Source: Octopus sinensis
Lineage: Eukaryota
DNA length: 64,000 bases
Assembly: GCF_006345805.1 (NCBI RefSeq)
Contig: NC_043004.1
Span: 25,668,001 to 25,732,000, forward strand
Direction: 5' to 3'
The notes under the pieces are model-generated. The model made no database searches. It was not told where the DNA came from and saw only the letters and a list, made by a program, of their open reading frames with translations. The first letter of the stretch is position 1. Each line of letters opens with the position of its first letter. Shown here piece after piece: positions 1-11,719 of the stretch. Made by a program: the position numbers and the translations under genes.

Positions 1-1109
1 ATAAACAGACAGCTTATTAACAGTAATCTATTTAGCATTTGCTAAATCTTCAAAACAATTTGCATTGTTTTGATTTGCTAAAACTTATTATTTCAATTCA
101 TTATTTTAATTCCCCAGTCTTTCAGGTTTTGATTAGGTAAGACCATTTTTTTTTTCTCAAGCAAAATTAAGTATTGTAGGCCGATCTCAAGACACTGAGT
201 CTATTTGGCACTCACTCACCACAGCAAAATCGATATTCTAAAAACCACCCTAGTAATGCCTGTCCATGAGGGGTTCTGCTCCACAACCATCCTCTTTTCC
301 CTGTCATCCTTCCCCCATTCCACATATCATCTCCTAACACCTATCACTTCTCAGAACCACTTCCAATTCTCATTACTGTCTTCACCAATCACATTTCTGT
401 GCCTTGTTCCCTCTGTACTGTTCTCCATCATTAACATCTCGCTTCTCTGCTGTCACCCTCAATGCCCTCACATATCTACTACAACCCCTGCCCTCGAACC
501 TCACCTAGGTTTCTCTCCATCATTTGCTACAGGCACTTCTAACCTGCCCACCCAAAATCTCTATATCACTTTGCCTAATTTTACCACCTCCAAAGCCTCT
601 CAAAGGTATATTCCTACTAATGTTTGCTATCATCTCTGCACTATTAGTCTCCTTATCTTACTTTCTAACTCATTCTCCTTTCCTTTCCATGTATCTACAG
701 CAAGATGCCTATCTCTGTCCCTCTCAACAAGCAGAAAGCCATCTCCCCCATCAATACTATTACTCCTTCCCAGTTGAAGGGTTTTTTTGCCTTTTTTGAC
801 ACTAATCATGAAGATGATTGTTGTTATTAAACAAGTATTTATATCCAACCATCAATGTTGGATTAGCTTATAAATTGAGCTATTGTACAAAAGTTAGGGT
901 AAGTATGTTTGAGTTATATTAGTAGGATAAAAGTCAGGGGGTTAGAGCTGGATTAAGATATCCTGGTTAGGTTATGGTACAGTGGTCAGATTATCATAAT
1001 TGGATTAAACATTAGCACTACTATCATTGTATGCTGTTTAATTAAAATATTCATCATTGGTTCTGTGAAAGAGGTGAAAGAGAGAGCCATGCACAAATTT
1101 TCTACTTAC

Positions 1110-1300
1110 CTAACATCGAGAACAGTTGCCCTCTCTGTTGTCTTGTGTGTATCCAGTCGGGAAAGACTGAACGCTGGCAGTCTCTTTATGCTGAATCTCT
1201 CATGTTCCCAGGCTAAAGTGTCCTCAGCCAAGTTGATTTTTTTGTGTATCATCTTAAATTGCACATCAGGGAAAAATTTTTTGGTAATTTCTTCTAAATT
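1110..1300 (-). CDS. NCLN: Nicalin coding exon 9 (gene continues beyond the window start)
   Basis: ataccag|AAT ... GTTAG|gtaagt, 191 nt. Encodes [63 protein letters not shown](R). Confidence 0.95.
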
Positions 1301-2939
1301 CTGGTATAGAGAGAATTTAAGAATAAAGTGTGGTGTTGAGGGGGAAAAAAAAAAATCAAAAGAAAATGAAATTTGCAGAGTTGCCACAAAAAAAGGACAG
1401 CCATAAACTGAGAGCTTGTAGGAGACCTACTCACTACAATGTTATTGTATCACCTACAAAATGGCTACAGTGTGGTTTGAGCTTTTTTCCTACAGACCCT
1501 AATTATAAGAACCAGGAAGTCATGTGAAGAAAGCTGCTTTTGACTATATGTGTAATGATAACCCTAAACTCACTTATCACTGTCAATATTAAATCATAAT
1601 TACACTTTAATATAAGATAAGGTAATCAGGTAAAATAGTCAAATTATCCATGCAAATTTATCAAGTCACGCACCAACATTTCTTCTGAATGTATCATGCT
1701 CCTTAAGTCAATAAATCTTACAGCCAATTCAAGAGAGTAATACATTCAAGAGATTACGCACTCCAGTATTTTCTCTAGACCTGATAAAATTTTAGCTCAG
1801 AAGCTCAAACTGAAGAAATTTGGTAAACATTCAGTGTTCATTGCTGTTCATAAAAACAAGAGATTGCTACAAAATACCTAATAAACAAAGAGACAGCGAA
1901 GCCCTTGAAGCTCCAAGATGCAACTAGAAATTTAGACCTTGTCTAAATTTCATATTTCTGTGGAAGGCATCACACACATGATTAATAGCTGCCAGTAAAT
2001 ATCATCAAGGTACTACCTTCCTATGTGACTGATATTGTCGCAAGAACAATATACAGTGCCATTCAGAAAAAAGACTGTCCTGGAATAAATATATAGAATA
2101 CATACACAAACATCCACACAAGGAATACTGGTGGAACATTCCCATCTAAACATGTCAAGTGTAAACATATCAAGATGGATGTTGTCCGGGGCAAACAAGA
2201 AAAAGTATGAAGCATCATAGAGGCCTGCTTATGTGAATTTCTCTTTGAAAATCAGAGACAAAGAGGGTAACTATGAACAACTGCTTCAAAACCTTCAGCT
2301 ACTATATTTAAATTATAAATTCACATCTATACCAATATTACTTAGCACATTTAGTTTTGTGAGTAAATTCCTAAGTAACAATCTGGATTAGGGTTTTCAG
2401 AAAAGAAATCACCCAACTAACACAAACATTATAAGTACAATCTGCAAGTAGAACAGTAGAAATATGCATGACTTTCCTAAAGTTTAAAATGTGATTTTAT
2501 TTTGTTATCTACATTAGAATGATGGAGCTTTGTATCTTTGTTTGAAACCAGCTCCTTCTTCAGAGGAAGAATTTAAATAATTAAAAACAGAAGAACACAC
2601 AAACACACACAAAATTTGAATGCATCACCCATACATAGAGGAAAAAACTAAAGTAAGATAAATGAAATTTTATAATAAAACTTTTTGAATTTCAAGCAAT
2701 TAAATTCAAGGATTCACATTTTTAAAACAGTTGTGAACAATAACAGATTGATATGTATTTAAAATAAATGTAACGTCAAATACAAATAATTTTAATGTCT
2801 ACATTTCCCATGTTGGCATAAGAAAATATTTCTTGAGGCAGTATTCTCCAACTGGATACTCTTCCTCAAATAAAGTGCTTGATCCCATATCTTCACATGC
2901 TGAAGATATGTTGAAGATACCTACTAGACTTCTTGTGTA

Positions 2940-3705
2940 GGCGGTCTGATCAATAAGTATCTGGACTGTTGCCACTTTGCAAAAATTCCCCTTGAGCTCT
3001 GCTGTGCATGTGCACTAAGTTTTAACATTTTAGCTCACTTCCGCTGTTTACAGCAGTGCTTGGTAGGAAGTTGTCATGGCAATACCTGCTCAGAGGCCTA
3101 TGCAAAGTGTATGGAGAAGAATGTATAAGTTGCACACAAGTGTACGAGTGGTTCAAACATTTCCAAGATGGCCCAAAAGATGCTGATATTGATGAACGTT
3201 CTGGGAGATCTGCAACCAGCAGAACTGAGAAAAACATTGCAGATGTGCGTGCAGCTGTAAGAGGAAATCGTTGAATAACCATTCATGAGTTATCAGAGGA
3301 TGTGCAGATTAGTTACAGTTCAGTTCAGTCCATTATCATTGAAGATTTGAGTATGAGACACATGTCTGCCAAGTTTGTGCCAAAACTACTTTCAACTGAC
3401 CAAGAAGACACTTGGGTTTCAGTAGTACAAGATCTGGATTGCATTTGAAAACTTTGCATAGGCCTCTTTTGGCAAAATTTGATGCAGATTTTCGTTTCAA
3501 ATTTCTATCATGGTCAATGCGATGATCACATGCTACACATGTCCCTTCCAAGCACTGCTATAAACCGGGAAAGTGAGCTAGAACGTTAAAACTTAGTGTG
3601 TATGCACAGCAGAGTTCAAGGTCAATCTGTGCCAAGCAGCTTCACTCTTCTTGCTTTAGTTTCGCTACTATGGCAACAGTCCGGATACTTATTGATCAGA
3701 CCATG
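2940..3705 (+). mobile_element. Internally deleted mariner-like DNA transposon with long TIRs
   Basis: TIR GGTCTGATCAATAAGTATCTGGACTGTTGCCA (2943-2974) is inverted at 3671-3702 with TA on both flanks. A subterminal inverted repeat pairs ~3001-3062 with ~3548-3610. Remnant HTH: VYGEECISCTQVYEWFKHFQDG..DERSGRSATSRT. Confidence 0.85.
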
Positions 3706-4041
3706 TATGCAGGACACAAACATAACTACTGCTCAAGCAGTGTCAATATCAAGATGTCTAAAGATACACAGACACATTTTAAAATAAACACACACACAGG
3801 TTTCTCTACAGTATCTATGAACACAAGATCTAACACATAGTTGTGAAACAATCCTAGACTCATGCTTGCACTGATGAACACATAATTTTCTTTTCCCAAT
3901 CCATTATACCAACAAATGTGCACAGCAATATGTTTTGTATTCAATTCCAGAAAAGTCATCAAACAATGTAAATAATAATTTAAGAGATTTAAAGATTCCT
4001 TGCAAATTTAGTGTACGAACAGATAAAAAAAAACTACCTAC

Positions 4042-4166
4042 TTTTAAGAAAATTCCACCAGCACTATCTTCTCGGGGTGGTTTAGATACATGTAAGTTCA
4101 AAGTGTTACCAGTGCCAATGGTATCAAGACATAGCACATAGGCCACATCTGTTAACTGGTTGTTAT
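4042..4166 (-). CDS. NCLN: Nicalin coding exon 8
   Basis: atttcag|AT ... AAA|gtaggt, 125 nt. Encodes (D)NNQLTDVAYVLCLDTIGTGNTLNLHVSKPPREDSAGGIFLK. Confidence 0.95.
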
Positions 4167-4394
4167 CTGAAATAAATAATATTAGAATATATATCATTAA
4201 TGTGGACGTTCACCATCCCCATGTGTTTAATGTGTCTGAACATATCTAGTGGATACCAGAATGAGACAGAGTGAGAGAGAAAGATAGAGAAAAACTTACT
4301 AGACAGAGAAAGAGAGAGGTGATGATAAGGTGGTGAGTGGGAAATAAGGACAATTGAAAACAGGCTGTGCTTATTCCAGTTTTCCACCTCCACA

Positions 4395-4650
4395 TTGTTA
4401 TTTGATCATCTTATAAATATATATGTTACATTTATATATTTGTTTTGCAAGATTTTTGATGTGAAATCGTGTGTTGAAACAGATATTGTTGTATTTAGGA
4501 ATGGTCATTTTGCCAGTTTAGCCAATAAAAACACACGCACTATATATTTGGTGTTACTTTGCTTCAGCGTTATTTATTTTTTACATTAAGCTTAATCTTA
4601 TTTCGGCCAGAGTTCTCTCGTCACACTCCTGTGACTGCATCAGTGGTCCT
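4395..4650. repeat. Dispersed repeat, probably a Penelope-like terminal repeat; second copy at ~32440-32650
   Basis: Both loci share gatgtgaaat.gt.tgttgaaacagatattgtt..att.gg..atggt..tttt and a degenerate hammerhead-like cassette on the minus strand. Confidence 0.5.
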
Positions 4651-4699
4651 TTGCTTTCATCATCATCATCATCGTTTAACGTCTGCTTTCCATGCTAGT

Positions 4700-5385
4700 G
4701 GTTGGTGAGAGCTGTACAAAGCATGTGCAGGGATGCTGTCAGAAGGTGAGGGCTGGCAGCGAGAATAGTGATGCATTTAGGTTATAAGTAGGGGTTCACC
4801 AAGGATCAGTCCTCAGCTCCTCTTGTTCATCATAGTCCTCCAGGCAATAACAGAGGAATTAAGGATGGGCTGCCCCTCTATACTGATGGCCTTGTTCTCA
4901 TAGCTGAATGATTTCCAGAACTAGAGAAGAAATTTGAGGTGTGGAAGCAAGGTCTAGAATCGAATGGCATTAGAGTTAATCCAGCAAAAACCAAAGTCTT
5001 AGTAAGTAAGAAAGCAGACAAATTACAAATTCCTTGAGATAGATGGCCCTGCTTGATCTGTAGAAAAGGCATAGGTAGATACTCCATAAGATGTACTCAG
5101 TGTAAGCTATGGACACATAAGAGGTGCAGCAATATCAAAGGAAGGTTAACAAGGAAATAGTTTTTGTGTATGAAAGGTGCACAGGTACAATAAACACTAC
5201 AAATGTACTCCATCAAATGCAAGGTGGGTAAGCTAGAGGTAGTGACCAAGTCAGTTGTGGAGGTGGATGCTCTGAGAGTGTAGTTGCGAGAATAAAAATA
5301 GATGGGGCAAAGATCAGAGAGCTCCTAACTCTGTTGGTAACAAAGGGCCTCATCCTCAGAATGAAAGGCAGACTGTATGTTTGCA
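4700..5385 (+). mobile_element. Degenerate RTE-clade LINE RT fragment (same family as 15505-17800)
   Basis: Reads GVHQGSVLS, CRKGIGRYSIRCTQCKLWTHKRCSNIKG and LLTLLVTKGL, with stops and frameshifts. Confidence 0.8.
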
Positions 5386-5572
5386 TCAACATATCTGTAT
5401 GTATGTATGTATGTATATATATAAGGTAAGTAGAGTTAGCGATTGGAATAACCATCTAAGGAATAAGAACATCCGTTATTACTACCTATTTCTTTATTAC
5501 CCACAAGGGGCTAAAGACAGAGGGGACAAACAAGGACAGTATAAATTACCTATGTTTATGTATGTAACTTAC

Positions 5573-5661
5573 CAGTTGATTCAAGACTGTCTTCAATCCA
5601 GCGTTTAGTCCCCTGGTAGTTAAATTTCCCACCACCAGTCAATAAAAACACCAAATTATAT
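5573..5661 (-). CDS. NCLN: Nicalin coding exon 7
   Basis: ttccttgatcaagcaatag|A ... ACTG|gtaagt, 89 nt. Encodes YNLVFLLTGGGKFNYQGTKRWIEDSLEST. Confidence 0.95.
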
Positions 5662-5842
5662 CTATTGCTTGATCAAGGAATATATGGTAATGATTAAAGC
5701 AACATAATAAACTCAAAATTACAAAAAGAAAACCTCAAAAGCCTAGCTTTTACTAACAATCACATTTTATCAAGATATCTTTGTGAAATGTTCTTTATCT
5801 CTTTTAATACAAGTCTGCTTGATACCACTCCTGTTTCTGTAA

Positions 5843-6068
5843 CACAACATCTAGTGATATTCCTACTTCCATATGGTACCAGACAGTAGCAACAACATCT
5901 AGTAATGTTGCTATTCATGTGTGGTACAATACAGTAATGACAACATCTAGTGATGTTACTACTTGTATGTCGTACCAGTCACATGGAGTAAATTGTCAGA
6001 AAAAGAACAGTTCAATGGCACAACATTGGGCTATTTCAAACCATTGCTCCAGCTGTTACTACTCAGTA
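5843..6068 (+). repeat. ~225-bp segment built on a 48-bp minisatellite, directly duplicated at ~8085-8348
   Basis: Unit acaacatctagt(g/a)at.tt.cta..t..t.tggtac.a.acagta.. occurs about 3-4 times and is followed by the shared tail acatggagtaaattgtcagaaaaag...gctgttactactcagta. Confidence 0.9.
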
Positions 6069-6756
6069 AATTTATGTTCCAAACACTAAATTAATTACTA
6101 GTTATTTTAATAAATTCTTTTATTACTTTATATTTTAATTGAAACAAAATCAATGTATTTCAACAGAAATATGGTAACAAAAAGGTTAATACCAACTGAT
6201 TTCTAATACAGGGAAATATAAAAATATAAGGAAAAACTCCATCTTTCTTTCAAAGAAAAAAAAAACCCACTGACACTTACAAGGTAAGGGTGGGTGTTAT
6301 TGTATAACTAATTCAATAGCACCACCAGCCTACCACTGTTCAAAAGAAATGGATTTCAGCCAATGTGCCTCTTTTATTTATTTTTTTATGTTTTATTATG
6401 TCCCTAGCATTGTACTATATACATACAGAACATTAACCAAGAAGAACAGTATAATTTTTATTCTTATGAGGTCAAAGTAGACTCTGTGGGATGTGAATCA
6501 TAAATGAGAACTACTGAAAGACAACACTCCGAGGTGGACTAAGACAGCAGGAGTCTAGTGATTTATTTATACATACCGTACTGTTATTGTTTAGATCAGT
6601 GTGTCTTGTATATACATGGTTTAATGTTGTTTAGTTCACAGTGTTTTATATATATAAATCATTAACATTTAATGTCCATGTTTCCATAAAGGCATAGGTT
6701 GGTGGTTTGACAGGATTCAATGGGCCCAAGCACTGCATCATGATACACACACACAC

Positions 6757-7235
6757 ACACACTGTAGTCTTGTTACTATAAACAAACTGTAACCTTGTAA
6801 CTACAGACATACTGTAGTCTTGCTACAATAGATACACTGTAGTCCTGTCACTAAAAACACAATAATCTTGTTACTATGTACACTGTAATCTTGTTAATAA
6901 TATATACAGTGTGACCTTGTTAGCATAGACACGAAGGGAAGTCAAATTATCTGCACTTCCACCATAACATATCTTTATTATTGTCATACTGCCTTCTGTG
7001 CACGTGTGCTTATAGTTGGTACTATTCTGGTCATGTGATAGAAGTTTGAGCCTGATTGCGTCATTTTTCTTTCTGGCTTTACAGTGTAAGCAGTGTAATG
7101 ATAATAAAAGTATGTTATGGCGAAAGTGTGGATAACTTTTGATTCCTCATCATACATTGTAGTCTTGCTACTATATACACACTGTAATCCCGTAACTATA
7201 GACACTTTAATCTTGTTACTATATACACATTGCAG
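6757..7235 (+). repeat. ~29-bp minisatellite (acactgtagtcttgttactata) interrupted by a ~220-bp MITE at ~6930-7152
   Basis: About nine degenerate units. The inserted segment has ~60-bp imperfect TIRs: cgaagggaagtcaaattatctgcacttccaccataacata versus tatgttatggcgaaagtgtggataacttttgattcctcatc. Confidence 0.75.
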
Positions 7236-7765
7236 TATTATTGGTTGTTTTGTTCATCATCTTACATCATATTGAGGAAGGTAAGTAAATTTCACACATA
7301 TCGATTTCACTGATAAAAACCAATGAAAGCTGAGAACTGTCATGTTGCTTGGGTTCTTAGTTGGGCTACTTTTGTGTACCTAGAGATGCCCTTTGCGTAA
7401 AATATAGAAATATATATAGAAGAGTGCATTAAACTGAGAAGACAACTTCACTAGTACTGGTGCCATGATTAAAATACACCCAGTACACATTGTAAATTAG
7501 TTGGTATGAGAAAAAAGCATCCAATTGTAAAAACCATGCTAAAATGGGAAACATGGGAGTGAGACATGTTCCTGTTGTATCTCGGACAGTAACTCTGAAT
7601 AATGACAAACTGTAACAACCCATTTAAAACATGCCAGTACCAAAAAGAGGACATGATAACAGTAAAACACAGTAAGATGGTGCACTTCACACATAAGCAG
7701 ACTGATGCTGACCATACTGTTGAGAATGAAACATTGTGTCAACTCCAATATACAGAAAAGGATAC

Positions 7766-7869
7766 TTTGCATGTGTTCGAGAATTGGTGTAAAGTTTGGA
7801 GAAAAGACGAGCCAATTCAAGAAGCGTAACTACTCCACTTCCATTGGAATCAGCTCCTTCAGACAAACC
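7766..7869 (-). CDS. NCLN: Nicalin coding exon 6
   Basis: ctttcag|GGT ... GCA AA|gtatcctttt, 104 nt. Encodes GLSEGADSNGSGVVTLLELARLFSKLYTNSRTHA(K); GADSNGSG is the nicalin variant of the M28 GADDNASG motif. Confidence 0.95.
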
Positions 7870-8614
7870 CTGAAAGGTAAAATATTAAAGCAATAAGGCA
7901 AAGTTGGAGTAAATTCACTTTATTTCATATTTGAGTTTTAAAATTTGATAGGTAAACTGGATATAGAATCAAAAATATTGTGGAGAGAGAGAGAGAGAAT
8001 GGTAGATGGGAAGTTATATTGACATTGTGTTGTAAACTTCAGACAGTCAGGTAAAGCATGGAACAATAATGTTGACAAAGAGAACATCTAGTGTTGCTAT
8101 TTATATGTGATACAACGAAGATAACAACACTTAGTGATATTCCTACTTCTGTATGGTACCAGACAGTAGCAACAACATCTAGTAATGTTGCTATTCATGT
8201 GTGGTACAACACAGAAATGACAACATCTAGTGATGTTACTACTTGTATGTCGTACCAGATACATGGAGTAAATTGTCAGAAAAAGTACAGTTCAATAGTA
8301 CAACAATGTACTATTTCAAACCATTGTTCCAGCTGTTACTACTCAGTACAACAACTATAAAAACAGCTGCAAAGCAAGTTCCCATATAATTGACTGGCTT
8401 GCTCAATGAAGTGGAACAAATCTATTAAATTAATAACTGGTTTAGAAAATATCAAACATTTATTACACAACACAAGCCAGCAGGGCAACCACTTTGAGGT
8501 CATTTAACCCACTAGATATAGGAGCTAAATCACACCTTACCTGGGTATGTGCTGTGCAAATATACAAAATGTAGGCTGTAGGTATTAAGTAAATTACAAG
8601 ACAATATGTAAGAA

Positions 8615-8830
8615 TATTGGTTTCAAATTTTGGCACAAGGCTAGCAATTTCAGGGGAGGGGGTAAATCAATTCCATTGCCCCCCAGTGCTCAATTGGTAC
8701 TTATTTTATTGACCCTGAAAGGATGAAAGGTTAAGTTGACTGCAATTGATTTGAACTCAGAATGTAAAGATAGACGAAATGCTGCCAAGCATTTTGCCTG
8801 GTGTGCTAACAATCCCAATAGTTTACTGTC
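8615..8830 (-). mobile_element. tRNA-type SINE, family 2 (also ~39030-39235 and partial ~61790-61880)
   Basis: Copies share the core ggtacttattttattgaccc.gaaaggatgaaagg..aag.tgac and a B-box-like GAGTTCAAATC on the minus strand. Confidence 0.75.
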
Positions 8831-9045
8831 TTACAATATGTAAAAATATTGACAACAAAATATTTGTATCTAGACATTCGTATAAACGTGAACACAATTT
8901 TGTAAATACATATACATGGTCATGAATAGAACACCTTCGATCAGAAATCAGGACAATCATAAACAGCAACTACACTAAAATGAAAATACAATGTTACAGA
9001 TAAAAGCAAAAATAATGACAATGAAAATAGTTAGGGTGTACTTAC

Positions 9046-9129
9046 TGGTGCAATACCCATAGAATCATAATGAGCAACTATGATGACACTGGGCAACTGT
9101 TCTTCAATACCGTACCCTGCCAACCGACC
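9046..9129 (-). CDS. NCLN: Nicalin coding exon 5
   Basis: ttttacag|GGT ... CCA|gtaagt, 84 nt. Encodes GRLAGYGIEEQLPSVIIVAHYDSMGIAP (M28-like AHYD motif). Confidence 0.95.
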
Positions 9130-9259
9130 CTGTAAAAGGAGGAGAACAATAACAATAACAACATCACATTTAGGCATCAAGAAAGACAGGAAATGAGTGA
9201 ACAAAGACATCAAAATTTGGCACTAAAAATGATTATAAGCACACATCAACATCTTAGAT

Positions 9260-11715
9260 GCCGTTCTGGGAAATAATTGCAGCAAGGATAACAATGATAG
9301 AGACGGTGACATGAAAAAGAAAAGTCTCCTTGGCCCAGTAAACCCTCAAAAGATAAAAGCCAAAGCTATGATCAAAAGGCCTTCAAAAGAAGGGAACATC
9401 AATGACACTGGCCCTTCCTCCACCACCACTGTAGACAGTCAGAGAAATGAGGGGCTGAAAAATGTACACAAAAACAAATTGAAAACAAAACAAAAGCTTC
9501 CAGAAACAACCAAGAGCAACAAGAAAAAGTAAAAGAAAAAAAAAGTAAATCCCCCAAGATAAAACGTGACAAAAAACAACCCGGGCTGCCCCTACATGGA
9601 GTTTCAAGCGAAACCTCCAAAATAAAAGAAAAAACAAACTTTGGAGCACAAAAGAAGACCAACATTGTGGGAAAAAGAAATAGGAGATACAAAAGTGGCA
9701 AAATATGCAGATTTTACCTGCAAGAAAACTACTGACATAGAGACAATGGTGCAAACTGCCATTTTGCACATCCAAAGCGCTGCCAAACCTGCATGGGCCT
9801 GGACTAGAACTTCTTTCCAGAAGAAGCACAAAAGAGAAGCACCAAAGAAGAAATCACTCACTGTATGCCCCTAAAAGATGATATGTAGGCATAGTGTGTG
9901 CTACTTCAAACAACCAGCTTCACACACATGTGAAAAGGGCAACAGCTGAACAAAAATCTTTTTTATACATAGCACAAAAGATTGTGCAGCAGCTGATCTG
10001 GCTATGTCAAACACAGACTTGGAACCACACCCATCACCATACGAATGCCACCACAGTTGATAGATACAAGATGGCCACCACTAACACCAGCACATGCATC
10101 ACATTAATATTTCTACTGAATATCAGATATCTGTTGCACCTGAAAGAAACAAAAATCTCTTTTCTGAGAGACCTTATTGTATGCAATCAAGCTCTGTGTA
10201 TAGCACTCATGGAAATGCATCATAGACCTGATATAGGAGGTACTGAAGTATGTTGAATTATGAACTGACAGAAGAGAAAGGAACCATGGTGGAGTTGCAG
10301 TATGCATCTGTGAGGATCTCATGCTGTAGATCCTGTTGTTATATTCAAATTCAGTATGTGACACTCAAATTATATACAAGACAACTTGATATTGTTATAT
10401 GTACTACATATCACCCACTGGATGCTTCAAATAACACAAGCAAGTTTGAAGACTGCCTCACAATAGAAGTTCACAATTGAAGTTCTCACCAAATTGGAAC
10501 AACACATCAGTGTATTTCTTGGAAGTGACTTCAACTTCCCCAGTGTGGGATGGCCCAAGTGTCTCACATTCCCAGGAATAACACATAACCGAAATGCACA
10601 GGTGGAGCCGCTGCTCAAGCTTACCAATGCTTTATTCATTGAACAAATTGTGCTCCAACCAATTAGGGCAAATAATATACTGGATCTCTGCTTCACAAAC
10701 AATATGCATATTATCCATAACATGCAAGTGACACTGACATTAGTCTCAGATCACAATATGATAGAGGTGACTATGTATGGACCAACAGAAGCTGCAGACA
10801 TACAACCTATATAAAGCTCCTGAAATTACTCCAGTCTGAACTTTCATAAAGCAAACTGGAAATTGATTCAGAAAGAAATCCTCAAACAGTATTGGTCTAA
10901 ACATCTTGCCACACCACACATCAACATGAAATTTAAACATTTCATGTCCATAATGCAAGCCATATGCTACAAATCTGTGCCAACACATACAAGAATGAGA
11001 TCCTGAGGGAGAGGAAAATTCATGAGACAACAGACAAAGACTGCAAACCGCTAAAATAAACATTTCCAAAATACTGAAAAGACCTGCTTGAAAACAACAA
11101 TGATGGAGACTGAGAAAAGTCTGCACCAATCCCATGAAAAAGAGAGAGCAGATAAAGAAGATCGAGTTATAAAAGGATGGCTCCCTCACAGGAAACCCAA
11201 TGAGGATACGTGAAATACTGAATAAACAGTTCAAAAGTGTCTTCACTACCCTGTTAGGACACAGGCAAGTGAACAAACCAGTGGAGTTCTTTGCCACTAC
11301 ACTTGTAACAAGAAAGGATGTAAAAATATATTACACTGACATCAAAGAAGAAAATGTAATACTGGCCATGAGGTAGACAAACTCAGCTGCTGGCCCTGAT
11401 GGATTTCCAGCAATCTTTCTCAAATCATGCAAATGAGTCCTAGCAAAACCACTGCAGCTCTTTCTTAAAGAACATCCTTGCAAGTGTTAAGCTCCTAGAG
11501 GAATTGAAGGAGAGAATAGTATGCCCTATCCATAAAGATGAAGCACAGTAGAAGGTAAAAACTATATGGCTTTTTCTCTGACCTCACACACCAGCAAAGT
11601 CATGGAACGAATAGCCTGTGACATATATTGACCTTGCAAAAGACTTTGGTAAAATTGAGCATGGTATGATATGTCACAAGCTGTGTGATCTTGGCATAGT
11701 CAGACAGTTGTAGCC
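9260..11715 (+). mobile_element. Decayed CR1/Jockey-group LINE: ORF1-like part, APE endonuclease and start of RT
   Basis: Endonuclease motifs GSDFNFPSVGW, NILDLCFTNN and SDHNMI (10494-10814); pre-RT AAGPDGFPAIFLKSC, and YIDLAKDFGK. Many stops. Confidence 0.75.
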
Positions 11716-11719
11716 AATG

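Larger units (their letters stand above)
5662..7765 (-). other. U12-type (minor spliceosome) GT-AG intron, NCLN intron 6, phase 2
   Basis: 5' splice site GTATCCTTT (7765-7757) and branch site TTCCTTGAT (5680-5672) ending 10 nt before the exon. No polypyrimidine tract. The flanking exons join in frame. Confidence 0.9.

Noticed and set aside
205-848. ORFs of 190, 91 and 72 aa near the window start
   Set aside because: Low-complexity pyrimidine-rich sequence resembling the repeat at ~25960-26480; no protein motif, and it lies inside NCLN intron 9.
5843-7235. Regularly spaced short repeats resembling a CRISPR array
   Set aside because: The units are contiguous degenerate minisatellites with no unique spacers, in a eukaryotic intron with no cas genes.
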